This document shows positions 1 to 10,800 of a DNA stretch of 64,000 bases, in pieces. The DNA lies in assembly GCF_964204645.1 (NCBI RefSeq), contig NW_027437435.1:116836-180835 (forward strand), given 5' to 3'. Under the pieces are notes generated by a model that worked only from the letters and a program-made list of their open reading frames with translations, was not told the DNA's origin and ran no database searches. The DNA comes from Tubulanus polymorphus. Its lineage: Eukaryota; Animalia; Nemertea. The position numbers and the translations under genes are program-made. Numbering within the stretch: position 1 is the first letter of the stretch; each line of letters opens with the position of its first letter.

Positions 1-21
1 TGATTTCTATATTTTTAAAAT

Positions 22-798
22 TTATAATTCCAACCAGAACTCTTTAATTATTGGGTCATTTTCAATCATTTTTTCAATTTCTTGTAAATGTTTAACAACA
101 TCAACAAATGACAAGCTTAATAATTGGAATTTTTTATATGTAATTAGTCTACCTACGCTTCTTAATCTTCTATCATGTCTGGCACTAATAGTTATGTATT
201 TTCTAACCCAAGAAGTCCAAGAAATCCCCGCAGTTTGTTTATTAAACATTAAAAATCCCCTATTTAAATAATCCCCGAAAATGATATGATCCCATAAATG
301 ATTTGCTTTTTTACATAACAAGGTTCTATAATTTTTTTTCAATAAAACAGTTATTTCATTAAATGATGTTATACCTTCTATTTCTTTAAAACTTACATCT
401 GTTTCAATTGATAATTTTGATTTTAAAAACTTATTTAACTCATTTCCGCTCATTTTCTTTTTAGTTTTTGTTCCTTTTCCTTTTAGTCTTAACAATATTT
501 CTACATTGGTTGTTGGTCTTTTCGGTAATGATGTTACACTTGATTGCTGGTTTTCTATTATTTTTTCTAAAATTAATGTCATTTCTTGATGGTAATATAA
601 ATGTTTTTTAACTTCTTCTAACGTTTCATCTTCCATATCGAAAGATTCTTTTACTTCAACACCCATTTCGATTGGTTCATATTCCATTTCGGTTGGTTCA
701 TCTTCCATTTCGGTTGGTTCATCTTCCATTTCGGTTGGTTCATCTTCCATTTCGGTTGTCCTCTGAGAATCAAGAGTACTTCTTGGTACAAACGACAT
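22..798 (-). CDS. Hypothetical protein with acidic PTEMEDE repeats and a C-terminal helical domain (weakly DUF3102-like)
   Basis: Open frame of ~258 aa from the ATG at 798 (the ORF track starts at a TTG at 807). Contains the pattern FGDYL...WTSWV...ISARHDRRLR. Confidence 0.7.
   Translation of the reverse strand: MSFVPRSTLDSQRTTEMEDEPTEMEDEPTEMEDEPTEMEYEPIEMGVEVKESFDMEDETLEEVKKHLYYHQEMTLILEKIIENQQSSVTSLPKRPTTNVEILLRLKGKGTKTKKKMSGNELNKFLKSKLSIETDVSFKEIEGITSFNEITVLLKKNYRTLLCKKANHLWDHIIFGDYLNRGFLMFNKQTAGISWTSWVRKYITISARHDRRLRSVGRLITYKKFQLLSLSFVDVVKHLQEIEKMIENDPIIKEFWLEL
663..758 (-). repeat. 21-bp coding minisatellite, ~4.5 copies (CCATTTCGGTTGGTTCATCTT)
   Basis: Directly visible; encodes (EPTEMED)n. 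Confidence 0.9.
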
Positions 799-1261
799 TT
801 TATTCAACTAAAAGATATCAGCGGTAGAACAGGAACCGCGATATTAAATGATATAAATATTTTCAAGTCTATCGTTTCTAATTATTATAACTTATTATAG
901 TTCAAGTTATTATCTATCTAACGTAAAATAGAATTAACTGTATGAAGTTGTAGTTGTCAAAAGCACTTAAAGGTTTCATATTTAATAACCCCAATAACTA
1001 CAAAAAACAGTACTTACATTTAGATTTATAATTGTAAACTATAAACTCCTAATTTCGTTTCGAAAGATAGAATATCCTGAGCACAATGTTACAGCGCCTG
1101 TTCATTTCCGGGGCGATTTCTAGAATGAACACGTCGTTGATTATGCCACGTCATCTAGTTCCGGCGCGCCTTTTCTAGAATATTCTACACGTTTCTGATT
1201 ATGACGTGTCATAATGTCTCGTCGTTATAGTAACAACTGTAACAGCTGTGAATTTATAGAT

Positions 1262-1534
1262 TTATTCTATAGCTCTGTACATTGAATGTATATAGGCTAA
1301 AATAGAATCATTTTCTAGTATAAACATCGTATCCTCAACGTATTGTTCATTATTTGGATCAGTGTTCCATAATTCAATAAATTTCTTTCCTTTTGTTAAC
1401 TGTTCTGAATATAACTGTAAATATTCTAGTTTCAATTTATTCTCTAAATGTGTTCTAGTTTTATTGTGTCTTGCTTTTTGGGATTTATCTATATCGATAT
1501 TACATGTTGGGCAGTAGAACTTATTTGCTTCCAT
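1262..1534 (-). CDS. Small C2H2-type zinc-finger protein
   Basis: YCPTC-x9-RH-x5-H (YCPTCNIDIDKSQKARHNKTRTH), similar to the pPolB N-terminal finger YCQYCKKYIDTSNKTRHEKTANH. Confidence 0.7.
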   Translation of the reverse strand: MEANKFYCPTCNIDIDKSQKARHNKTRTHLENKLKLEYLQLYSEQLTKGKKFIELWNTDPNNEQYVEDTMFILENDSILAYIHSMYRAIE

Positions 1535-1614
1535 TTTAATACTATATTTTTTATTAAAATTGATTTTAGAAGTTCAATGATTTAAATGTTATTCATATAT
1601 ATGAATATTTTAAG

Positions 1615-1882
1615 AGTAATAGGGATAATAGGCTTTCAAGCTAAAGGTTGAACGGGCGGGTGAGTAAAAAATGAAAAACATAAAAATAATTACAATTTCT
1701 ACTTGAATTAGGAGTGAAACTCATAAAAATGAAAAATTAATTCGAGCGTGTGAGAATTAATTTTTCATTTTTATGAGTTTCGCGAGTAATTCAAGTAGAA
1801 ATTGTAATTATTTTTATGTTTTTCATTTTTTACGAGCTCGACCGTTCGACCTTTGGCTTGAAAGCCTATTATCCCTATTACT
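1615..1882. repeat. 268-bp imperfect palindrome (hairpin) with AGT...ACT ends
   Basis: 1615-1743 pairs with 1754-1882 (AGTAATAGGGATAATAGGCTTTCAAG ... CTTGAAAGCCTATTATCCCTATTACT), with a ~10-nt loop and a few clustered mismatches. Confidence 0.95.
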
Positions 1883-4800
1883 AATATTCCCCCTATCGAA
1901 AAACGACAATGTCGATGCGTAAAAGCGCTCAAATCGTCAGGAAAAGCACTTTTCGACGCGAAAACGTCGCTCAGCGCGAGAAAAGACGTTTTCTTTTCGA
2001 ATATTCCCCCTATCGGAAAAACGACAATGTCGATGCGTAAAAGCGCTCAAATCGTCAGGAAAAGCACTTTTCGACGCGAAAACGTCGTTCAGCGCGAGAA
2101 AAGACGTTTTCGTATCGAATATTCTCACTATCGGTAAAACGACAATGTTGATGCGTAAAAGCGCTCAAATCGTCAGGAAAAGCACTTTTCGACGCGAAAA
2201 CGTCGCTCAGCGCGAGAAAAGACGTTTTCTTTTCGAATATTCCCCCTATCGGAAAAACGACAATGCCGATGCGTAAAAGCGCTCAAATCGTCAGGAAAAG
2301 CACTTTTCGACGCGAAAACGTCGCTCAGCGCGAGAAAAGACGTTTTCTTATCGAATATTCCCCCTATCGGAAAAACGACAATGTCGATGCGTAAAAGCGC
2401 TCAAATCGTCAGGAAAAGCACTTTTCGACGCGAAAACGTCGCTCAGCGCGAGAAAAGACGATTTCTTTTCGAATATTCCCCCTATCGGAAAAACGACAAT
2501 GCCGATGCGTAAAAGCGCTCAAATCGTCAGGAAAAGCACTTTTCGACGCGAAAACGTCGCTCAGCGCGAGAAAAGACGTTTTCTTTTCGAATATTCCCGC
2601 TATCGGAAAAACGACAATGCCGATGCGTAAAAGCGCTCAAATCGTCAGGAAAAGCACTTTTCGACGCGAAAACGTCGCTCAGCGCGAGAAAAGACGTTTT
2701 CTTTTCGAATATTCCCCCTATCGGAAAAACGACAATGCCGATGCGTAAAAGCGCTCAAATCGTCAGGAAAAGCACTTTTCGACGCGAAAACGTCGCTCAG
2801 CGCGAGAAAAGACGTTTTCTTTTCGAATATTCCCCCTATCGGAAAAACGACAATGTCGATGCGTAAAAGCGCTCAAATCGTCAGGAAAAGCACTTTTCGA
2901 CGCGAAAACGTCGTTCAGCGCGAGAAAAGACGTTTTCGTATCGAATATTTCCCCTATCGGAAAAACGACAATGCCGATGCGTAAAAGCGCTCAAATCGTC
3001 AGGAAAAGCACTTTTCGACGCGAAAACGTCGTTCGGCGCGAGAAAAGACGTTTTCGTATTGAATATTCTCCCTATCGGAAAAACGACAATGTCGATGCGT
3101 AAAACCGCTCAAATCGTCAGGAAAAGCACTTTTCGACGCGAAAACGTAGTTCCGCGCGAGAAAAGACGTTTTCTTATCGAATATTCCCCCTATCGGTAAA
3201 ACGACAATGTCGATGCGTAGAAGCGCTCAAATCGTCAGGAAAAGCACTTTTCGACCCGAAAACGTCGTTCAGCGCGAGAAAAGACGTTTTCTTTTCGAAT
3301 ATTCCCCCTATCGGAAAAACGACAATGCCGATGCGTAAAAGCGCTCAAATCGTCAGGAAAAGCACTTTTCGACGCGAAAACGTCGTTTAGCGCGAGAAAA
3401 GACGTTTTCGTGTCGAATATTCTCCCTATCGGTAAAACGACAATGTCGATGCGTAAAAGCGCACAAATCGTCAGGAAAAGCACATTTCGACGCGAAAACG
3501 TCGCTCAGCGCGAGAAAAGACGTTTTCGTATCGAATATTCCCCCTATCGGAAAAACGACAATGTCGATGCGTAAAAGCGCTCAAATCGTCAGGAAAAGCA
3601 CTTTTCGACGCGAAAACGTCGTTCGGCGCGAGAAAAGACGTTTTCGTATTGAATATTCTCCCTATCGGAAAAACGACAATGTCGATGCGTAAAACCGCTC
3701 AAATCGTCAGGAAAAGCACTTTTCGACGCGAAAACGTAGTTCCGCGCGAGAAAAGACGTTTTCTTATCGAATATTCCCCCTATCGGTAAAACGACAATGT
3801 CGATGCGTAGAAGCGCTCAAATCGTCAGGAAAAGCACTTTTCGACCCGAAAACGTCGTTCAGCGCGAGAAAAGACGTTTTCTTTTCGAATATTCCCCCTA
3901 TCGGAAAAACGACAATGCCGATGCGTAAAAGCGCTCAAATCGTCAGGAAAAGCACTTTTCGACGCGAAAACGTCGTTTAGCGCGAGAAAAGACGTTTTCG
4001 TGTCGAATATTCTCCCTATCGGTAAAACGACAATGTCGATGCGTAAAAGCGCACAAATCGTCAGGAAAAGCACATTTCGACGCGAAAACGTCGCTCAGCG
4101 CGAGAAAAGACGTTTTCGTATCGAATATTCCCCCTATCGGAAAAACGACAATGTCGATGCGTAAAAGCGCTCAAATCGTCAGGAAAAGCACTTTTCGACC
4201 CGAAAACGTCGTTCAGCGCGAGAAAAGTCGTTTTCGTATCGAATATTCTCACTATCGGTAAAACGACAATGTCGAAGCGTAAAAGCGCTCAAATCGTCAG
4301 GAAAAGCACTTTTCGACGCGAAAACGTCGTTCAGCGCGAGAAAAGACGTTTTCGTGTCGAATATTCTCCCTATCGGTAAAACGACAATGTCGATGCGTAA
4401 AAGCGCTCAAATCGTCAGGAAAAGCACTTTTCGACGCGAAAACGTAATTCAGCGCGAGAAAAGACGTTTTCTTATCAAATATTCCCCCTATCGGAAAAAC
4501 GACAATGTCGATGCGTAAAAGCGCTCAAATCGTCAGGAAAAGCACTTTTCGACGCGAAAACGTCGTTCAGCGCGAGAAAAGACGTTTTCGTATCGAATAT
4601 TCTCACTATCGGTAAAACGACAATGTCGATGCGTAAAAGCGCTCAAATCGTCAGGAAAAGCACTTTTCGACGCGAAAACGTCGCTCAGCGCGAGAAAAGT
4701 CGTTTTCTTTTCGAATATTCCCCCTATCGGAAAAACGACAATGCCGATGCGTAAAAGCGCTCAAATCGTCAGGAAAAGCACTTTTCGACGCGAAAACGTC

Positions 4801-7800
4801 GCTCAGCGCGAGAAAAGACGTTTTCTTTTCGAATATTCCCCCTATCGGAAAAACGACAATGCCGATGCGTAAAAGCGCTCAAATCGTCAGGAAAAGCACT
4901 TTTCGACGCGAAAACGTCGTTTAGCGCGAGAAAAGACGTTTTCGTGTCGAATATTCTCCCTATCGGTAAAACGACAATGTCGATGCGTAAAAGCGCTCAA
5001 ATCGTCAGGAAAAGCACTTTTCGACGCGAAAACGTCGCTCTGCGCGAGAAAAGACGTTTTCGTATCGAATATTCCCCCTATCGGAAAAACGACAATGCCG
5101 ATGCGTAAAAGCGCTCAAATCGTCAGGAAAAGCACTTTTCGACGCGAAAACGTCGCTCAGCGCGAGAAAAGACGTTTTCTTTTCGAATATTCCCCCTATC
5201 GGAAAAACGACAATGCCGATGCGTAAAAGCGCTCAAATCGTCAGGAAAAGCACTTTTCGACGCGAAAACGTCGCTCAGCGCGAGAAAAGACGTTTTCTTT
5301 TCGAATATTCCCCCTATCGGAAAAACGACAATGCCGATGCGTAAAAGCGCTCAAATCGTCAGGAAAAGCACTTTTCGACGCGAAAACGTCGCTCAGCGCG
5401 AGAAAAGACGTTTTCGTGTCGAATATTCTCCCTATCGGTAAAACGACAATGTCGATGCGTAAAAGCGCTCAAATCGTCAGGAAAAGCACTTTTCGACGCG
5501 AAAACGTCGTTCGGCGCGAGAAAAGACGTTTTCGTATTGAATATTCTCCCTATCGGAAAAACGACAATGTCGATGCGTAAAAGCGCTCAAATCGTCAGGA
5601 AAAGCACTTTTCGACGCGAAAACGTAGTTCAGCGCGAGAAAAGACGTTTTCTTATCGAATATTCCCCCTATCGGTAAAACGACAATGTCGATGCGTAGAA
5701 GCGCTCAAATCGTCAGGAAAAGCACTTTTCGACCCGAAAACGTCGTTCAGCGCGAGAAAAGACGTTTTCTTATCGTATATTCCCCCTATCGGAAAAACGA
5801 CAATGCCGATGCGTAAAAGCGCTCAAATCGTCAGGAAAAGCACTTTTCGACGCGAAAACGTCGTTCAGCGCGAGAAAAGACATTTTCTTTTCGAATATTC
5901 CCCCTATCGGAAAAACGACAAAGTCGATGCGTAAAAGCGCTCAAATCGTCAGGAAAAGCGCTTTTCGACGCGAAAACGTAGTTCAGCGCGAGAAAAGACG
6001 TTTTCTTATCAAATATTCCCCCTATCGGAAAAACGACAATGTCGATGCGTAAAAGCGCTCAAATCGTCAGGAAAAGCACTTTTCGACGCGAAAACGTCGT
6101 TCAGCGCGAGAAAAGACGTTTTCGTATCGAATATTCTCACTATCGGAAAAACGACAATGTCGATGCGTAAAAGCGCTCAAATCGTCAGGAAAAGCACTTT
6201 TCGACGCGAAAACGTCGCTCAGCGCGAGAAAAGACGTTTTCTTTTCGAATATTCCCGCTATCGGAAAAACGACAATGCCGATGCGTAAAAGCGCTCAAAT
6301 CGTCAGGAAAAGCACTTTTCGACGCAAAAACGTCGCTCAGCGCGAGAAAAGACGTTTTCTTTTCGAATATTCCCCCTATCGGAAAAACGACAATGCCGAT
6401 GCGTAAAAGCGCTCAAATCGTCAGGAAAAGCACTTTTCGACGCGAAAACGTCGCTCAGCGCGAGAAAAAACGTTTTCTTTTCGAATATTCCCCCTATCGG
6501 AAAAACGACAATGCCGATGCGTAAAAGCGCTCAAATCGTCAGGAAAAGCACTTTTCGACGCGAAAACGTCGCTCAGCGCGAGAAAAGACGTTTTCTTTTC
6601 GAATATTCCCCCTATCGGAAAAACGACAATGCCGATGCGTAAAAGCGCTCAAATCGTCAGGAAAAGCACTTTTCGACGCGAAAACGTCGTTCGGCGCGAG
6701 AAAAGACGTTTTTGTATCGAATATTCCCCCTATCGGAAAAACGACAATGCCGATGCGTAAAAGCGCTCAAATCGTCAGGAAAAGCACTTTTCGACGCGAA
6801 AACGTCGTTCGGCGCGAGAAAAGACGTTTTCGTATCGAATATTCTCACTATCGGTAAAACGACAATGTCGATGCGTAAAAAGCGCTCAAATCGTCAGGAA
6901 AAGCACTTTTCGACGCGAAAACGTAGTTCAGCGCGAGAAAAGACGTTTTCTTATCGAATATTCCCCCTATCGGAAAAACGACAATGTCGATGCGTAAAAG
7001 CGCTCAAATCGTCAGGAAAAGCACTTTTCGACGCGAAAACGTCGTTCGGCGCGTGAAAAGACGTTTTCGTATCGAATATTCTCCCTATCGGAAAAACGAC
7101 AATGTCGATGCGTAAAAGTGCTCAAATCGTCAGGAAAAGCCCTTTTCGACGCGAAAACGTCGTTCGGCGCGAGAAAAGACGTTTTCGTATCGAATATTCT
7201 CCCTATCGGAAAAACGACAATGTCGATGCGTAAAAGCGCTCAAATCGTCAGGAAAAGCACTTTTCGACGCGAAAACGTCGTTCGGCGCGAGAAAAGACGT
7301 TTTCGTATCGAATATTCCCCCTATCGGAAAAACGACAATGCCGATGCGTAAAAGCGCTCAAATCGTCAGGAAAAGCACTTTTCGACGCGAAAACGTCGTT
7401 CGGCGCGAGAAAAGACGTTTTCGTATCGAATATTCCCCCTATCGGAAAAACGAATATGCCGATGCGTAAAAGCGCTCAAATCGTCTGGAAAAGCACTTTT
7501 CGACGCGAAAACGTCGTTCAGCGCGAGAAAAGACGTTTTCGTATCGAATATTCCCCCTATCGGAAAAACGACAATGTCGATGCGTAAAAGCGCTCAAATC
7601 GTCAGGTAAAGCACTTTTCGACGCGAAAACGTCGCTCAGCGCGAGAAAAGACGTTTTCTTTTCGAATATTCCCCCTATCGGAAAAACGACAATGTCGATG
7701 CGTAAAAGCGCTCAAATCGTCAGGAAAAGCACTTTTCGACGCGAAAACGTCGTTCGGCGCGAGAAAAGACGTTTTCGTATCGAATATTCCCCCTATCGGA

Positions 7801-10800
7801 AAAACGACAATGCCGATGCGTAAAAGCGCTCAAATCGTCAGGAAAAGCACTTTTCGACGCGAAAACGTCGTTCAGCGCGAGAAAAGACGTTTTCTTTTCG
7901 AATATTCCCCCTATCGGAAAAACGACAATGCCGATGCGTAAAAGCGCTCAAATCGTCAGGAAAAGCACTTTTCGACGCGAAAACGTCGCTCAGCGCGAGA
8001 AAAGACGTTTTCGTGTCGAATATTCTCCCTATCGGTAAAACGACAATGTCGATGCGTAAAAGCGCTCATATCGTCAGGAAAAGCACTTTTCGACGCGAAA
8101 ACGTCGTTCGGCGCGAGAAAAGACGTTTTCGTATCGAATATTCCCCCTATCGGAAAAACGACAATGCCGATGCGTAAAAGCGCTCAAATCGTCAGGAAAA
8201 GCACTTTTCGACCCGAAAACGTCGTTCGGCGCGAGAAAAGACGTTTTCGTATCGAATATTCCCCCTATCGGAAAAACGACAATGCCGATGCGTAAAAGCG
8301 CTCAAATCGTCTGGAAAAGCACTTTTCGACGCGAAAACGTCGTTCGGCGCGAGAAAAGACGTTTTCGTATCGAATATTCCCCCTATCGGAAAAACGACAA
8401 TGTCGATGCGTAAAAGCGCTCAAATCGTCAGGAAAAGCACTTTTCGACGCGAAAACGTCGTTCAGCGCGAGAAAAGACGTTTTCGTATCGAATATTCTCA
8501 CTATCGGTAAAACGACAATGTCGATGCGTAAAAGCGCTCAAATCGTCAGGAAAAGCACTTTTCGACGCGAAAACGTCGTTTAGCGCGAGAAAAGACGTTT
8601 TCGTGTCGAATATTCTCCCTATCGGTAAAACGACAATGTCGATGCGTAAAAGCGCTCAAATCGTCAGGAAAAGCACTTTTCGACGCGAAAACGTCGTTCA
8701 GCGCGAGAAAAGACCTTTTCGTATCGAATATTCCCCCTATCGGAAAAACGACAATGTCGATGCGTAAAAGCGCTCAAATCGTCAGGAAAAGCACTTTTCG
8801 ACGCGAAAACGTCGTTCAGCGCGAGAAAAGACCTTTTCGTATCGAATATTCCCCCTATCGGAAAAACGACAATGTCGATGCGTAAAAGCGCTCAAATCGT
8901 CAAGAAAAGCACTTTTCGACGCGAAAACGTCGTTCGGCGCGAGAAAAGACGTTTTCGTATCGAATATTCCCCCTATCGGAAAAACGACAATGTCGATGCG
9001 TAAAAGCGCTCAAATCGTCAGGAAAAGCACTTTTCGACCCGAAAACGTCGTTCAGCGCGAGAAAAGTCGTTTTCGTATTGAATATTCTCACTATCGGTAA
9101 AACGACAATGTCGATGCGTAAAAGCGCTCAAATCGTCAGGAAAAGCACTTTTCGACGCGAAAACGTCGCTCAGCGCGAGAAAAGACGTTTTCTTTTCGAA
9201 TATTCCCCCTATCGGAAAAACGACAATGTCGATGCGTAAAAGCGCTCAAATCGTCAGGAAAAGCCCTTTTCGACGCGAAAACGTCGTTCGGCGCGAGAAA
9301 AGACGTTTTCGTATCGAATATTCCCCCTATCGGAAAAACGACAATGCCGATGCGTAAAAGCGCTCAAATCGTCTGGAAAAGCACTTTTCGACGCGAAAAC
9401 GTCGTTCAGCGCGAGAAAAGACGTTTTCTTTTCGAATATTCCCCCTATCGGAAAAACGACAATGCCGATGCGTAAAAGCGCTCAAATCGTCAGGAAAAGC
9501 ACTTTTCGACGCGAAAACGTCGTTCAGCGCGAGAAAAGACGTTTTCGTATCGAATATTCTCACTATCGGTAAAACGACAATGTCGATGCGTAAAAGCGCT
9601 CAAATCGTCAGGAAAAGCACTTTTCGACGCGAAAACGTCGTTTAGCGCGAGAAAAGACGTTTTCGTGTCGAATATTCTCCCTATCGGTAAAACGACAATG
9701 TCGATGCGTAAAAGCGCTCAAATCGTCAGGAAAAGCACTTTTCGACGCGAAAACGTCGTTCAGCGCGAGAAAAGTCCTTTTCGTATCGAATATTCCCCCT
9801 ATCGGAAAAACGACAATGTCGATGCGTAAAAGCGCTCAAATCGTCAGGAAAAGCACTTTTCGACCCGAAAACGTCGTTCAGCGCGAGAAAAGTCGTTTTC
9901 GTATCGAATATTCTCACTATCGGTAAAACGACAATGTCGATGCGTAAAAGCGCTCAAATCGTCAGGAAAAGCACTTTTCGACGCGAAAACGTCGCTCAGC
10001 GCGAGAAAAGACGTTTTCTTTTCGAATATTCCCCCTATCGGAAAAACGACAATGTCGATGCGTAAAAGCGCTCAAATCGTCAGGAAAAGCCCTTTTCGAC
10101 GCGAAAACGTCGTTCAGCGCGAGAAAAGTCGTTTTCGTATTGAATATTCTCACTATCGGTAAAACGACAATGTCGATGCGTAAAAGCGCTCAAATCGTCA
10201 GGAAAAGCACTTTTCGACGCGAAAACGTCGCTCAGCGCGAGAAAAGACGTTTTCTTTTCGAATATTCCCCCTATCGGAAAAACGACAATGTCGATGCGTA
10301 AAAGCGCTCAAATCGTCAGGAAAAGCCCTTTTCGACGCGAAAACGTCGTTCGGCGCGAGAAAAGACGTTTTCGTATCGAATATTCCCCCTATCGGAAAAA
10401 CGACAATGCCGATGCGTAAAAGCGCTCAAATCGTCAGGAAAAGCACTTTTCGACGCGAAAACGTCGTTCAGCGCGAGAAAAGACGTTTTCTTTTCGAATA
10501 TTCCCCCTATCGGAAAAACGACAATGCCGATGCGTAAAAGCGCTCAAATCGTCAGGAAAAGCACTTTTCGACGCGAAAACGTCGCTCAGCGCGAGAAAAG
10601 ACGTTTTCGTGTCGAATATTCTCCCTATCGGTAAAACGACAATGTCGATGCGTAAAAGCGCTCATATCGTCAGGAAAAGCACTTTTCGACGCGAAAACGT
10701 CGTTCAGCGCAAGAAAAGACATTTTCTTTTCGAATATTCCCCCTATCGGAAAAACGACAATGTCGATGCGTAAAAGCGCTCAAATCGTCAGGAAAAGCAC

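Larger units (their letters stand above)
1..1882. mobile_element. Terminal part of a second, probably Polinton-like element (truncated by the window edge), joined directly to the satellite
   Basis: AT-rich coding DNA ends in ...TATTACT at 1882 and is followed immediately by satellite. The terminus read inward is AGTAAT-N10-GGCTTTCA, the same motif and spacing as the TIR at 18611. ORF 1262-1534 has the same zinc-finger type as the Polinton proteins. No hallmark gene or second TSD lies in the window. Confidence 0.65.

Noticed and set aside
1883-2000. 118 bp is near 5S rRNA length; CENP-B box also considered
   Set aside because: No 5S-like sequence or spacer, and no match to TTCG-N4-A-N2-CGGG on either strand of the consensus.
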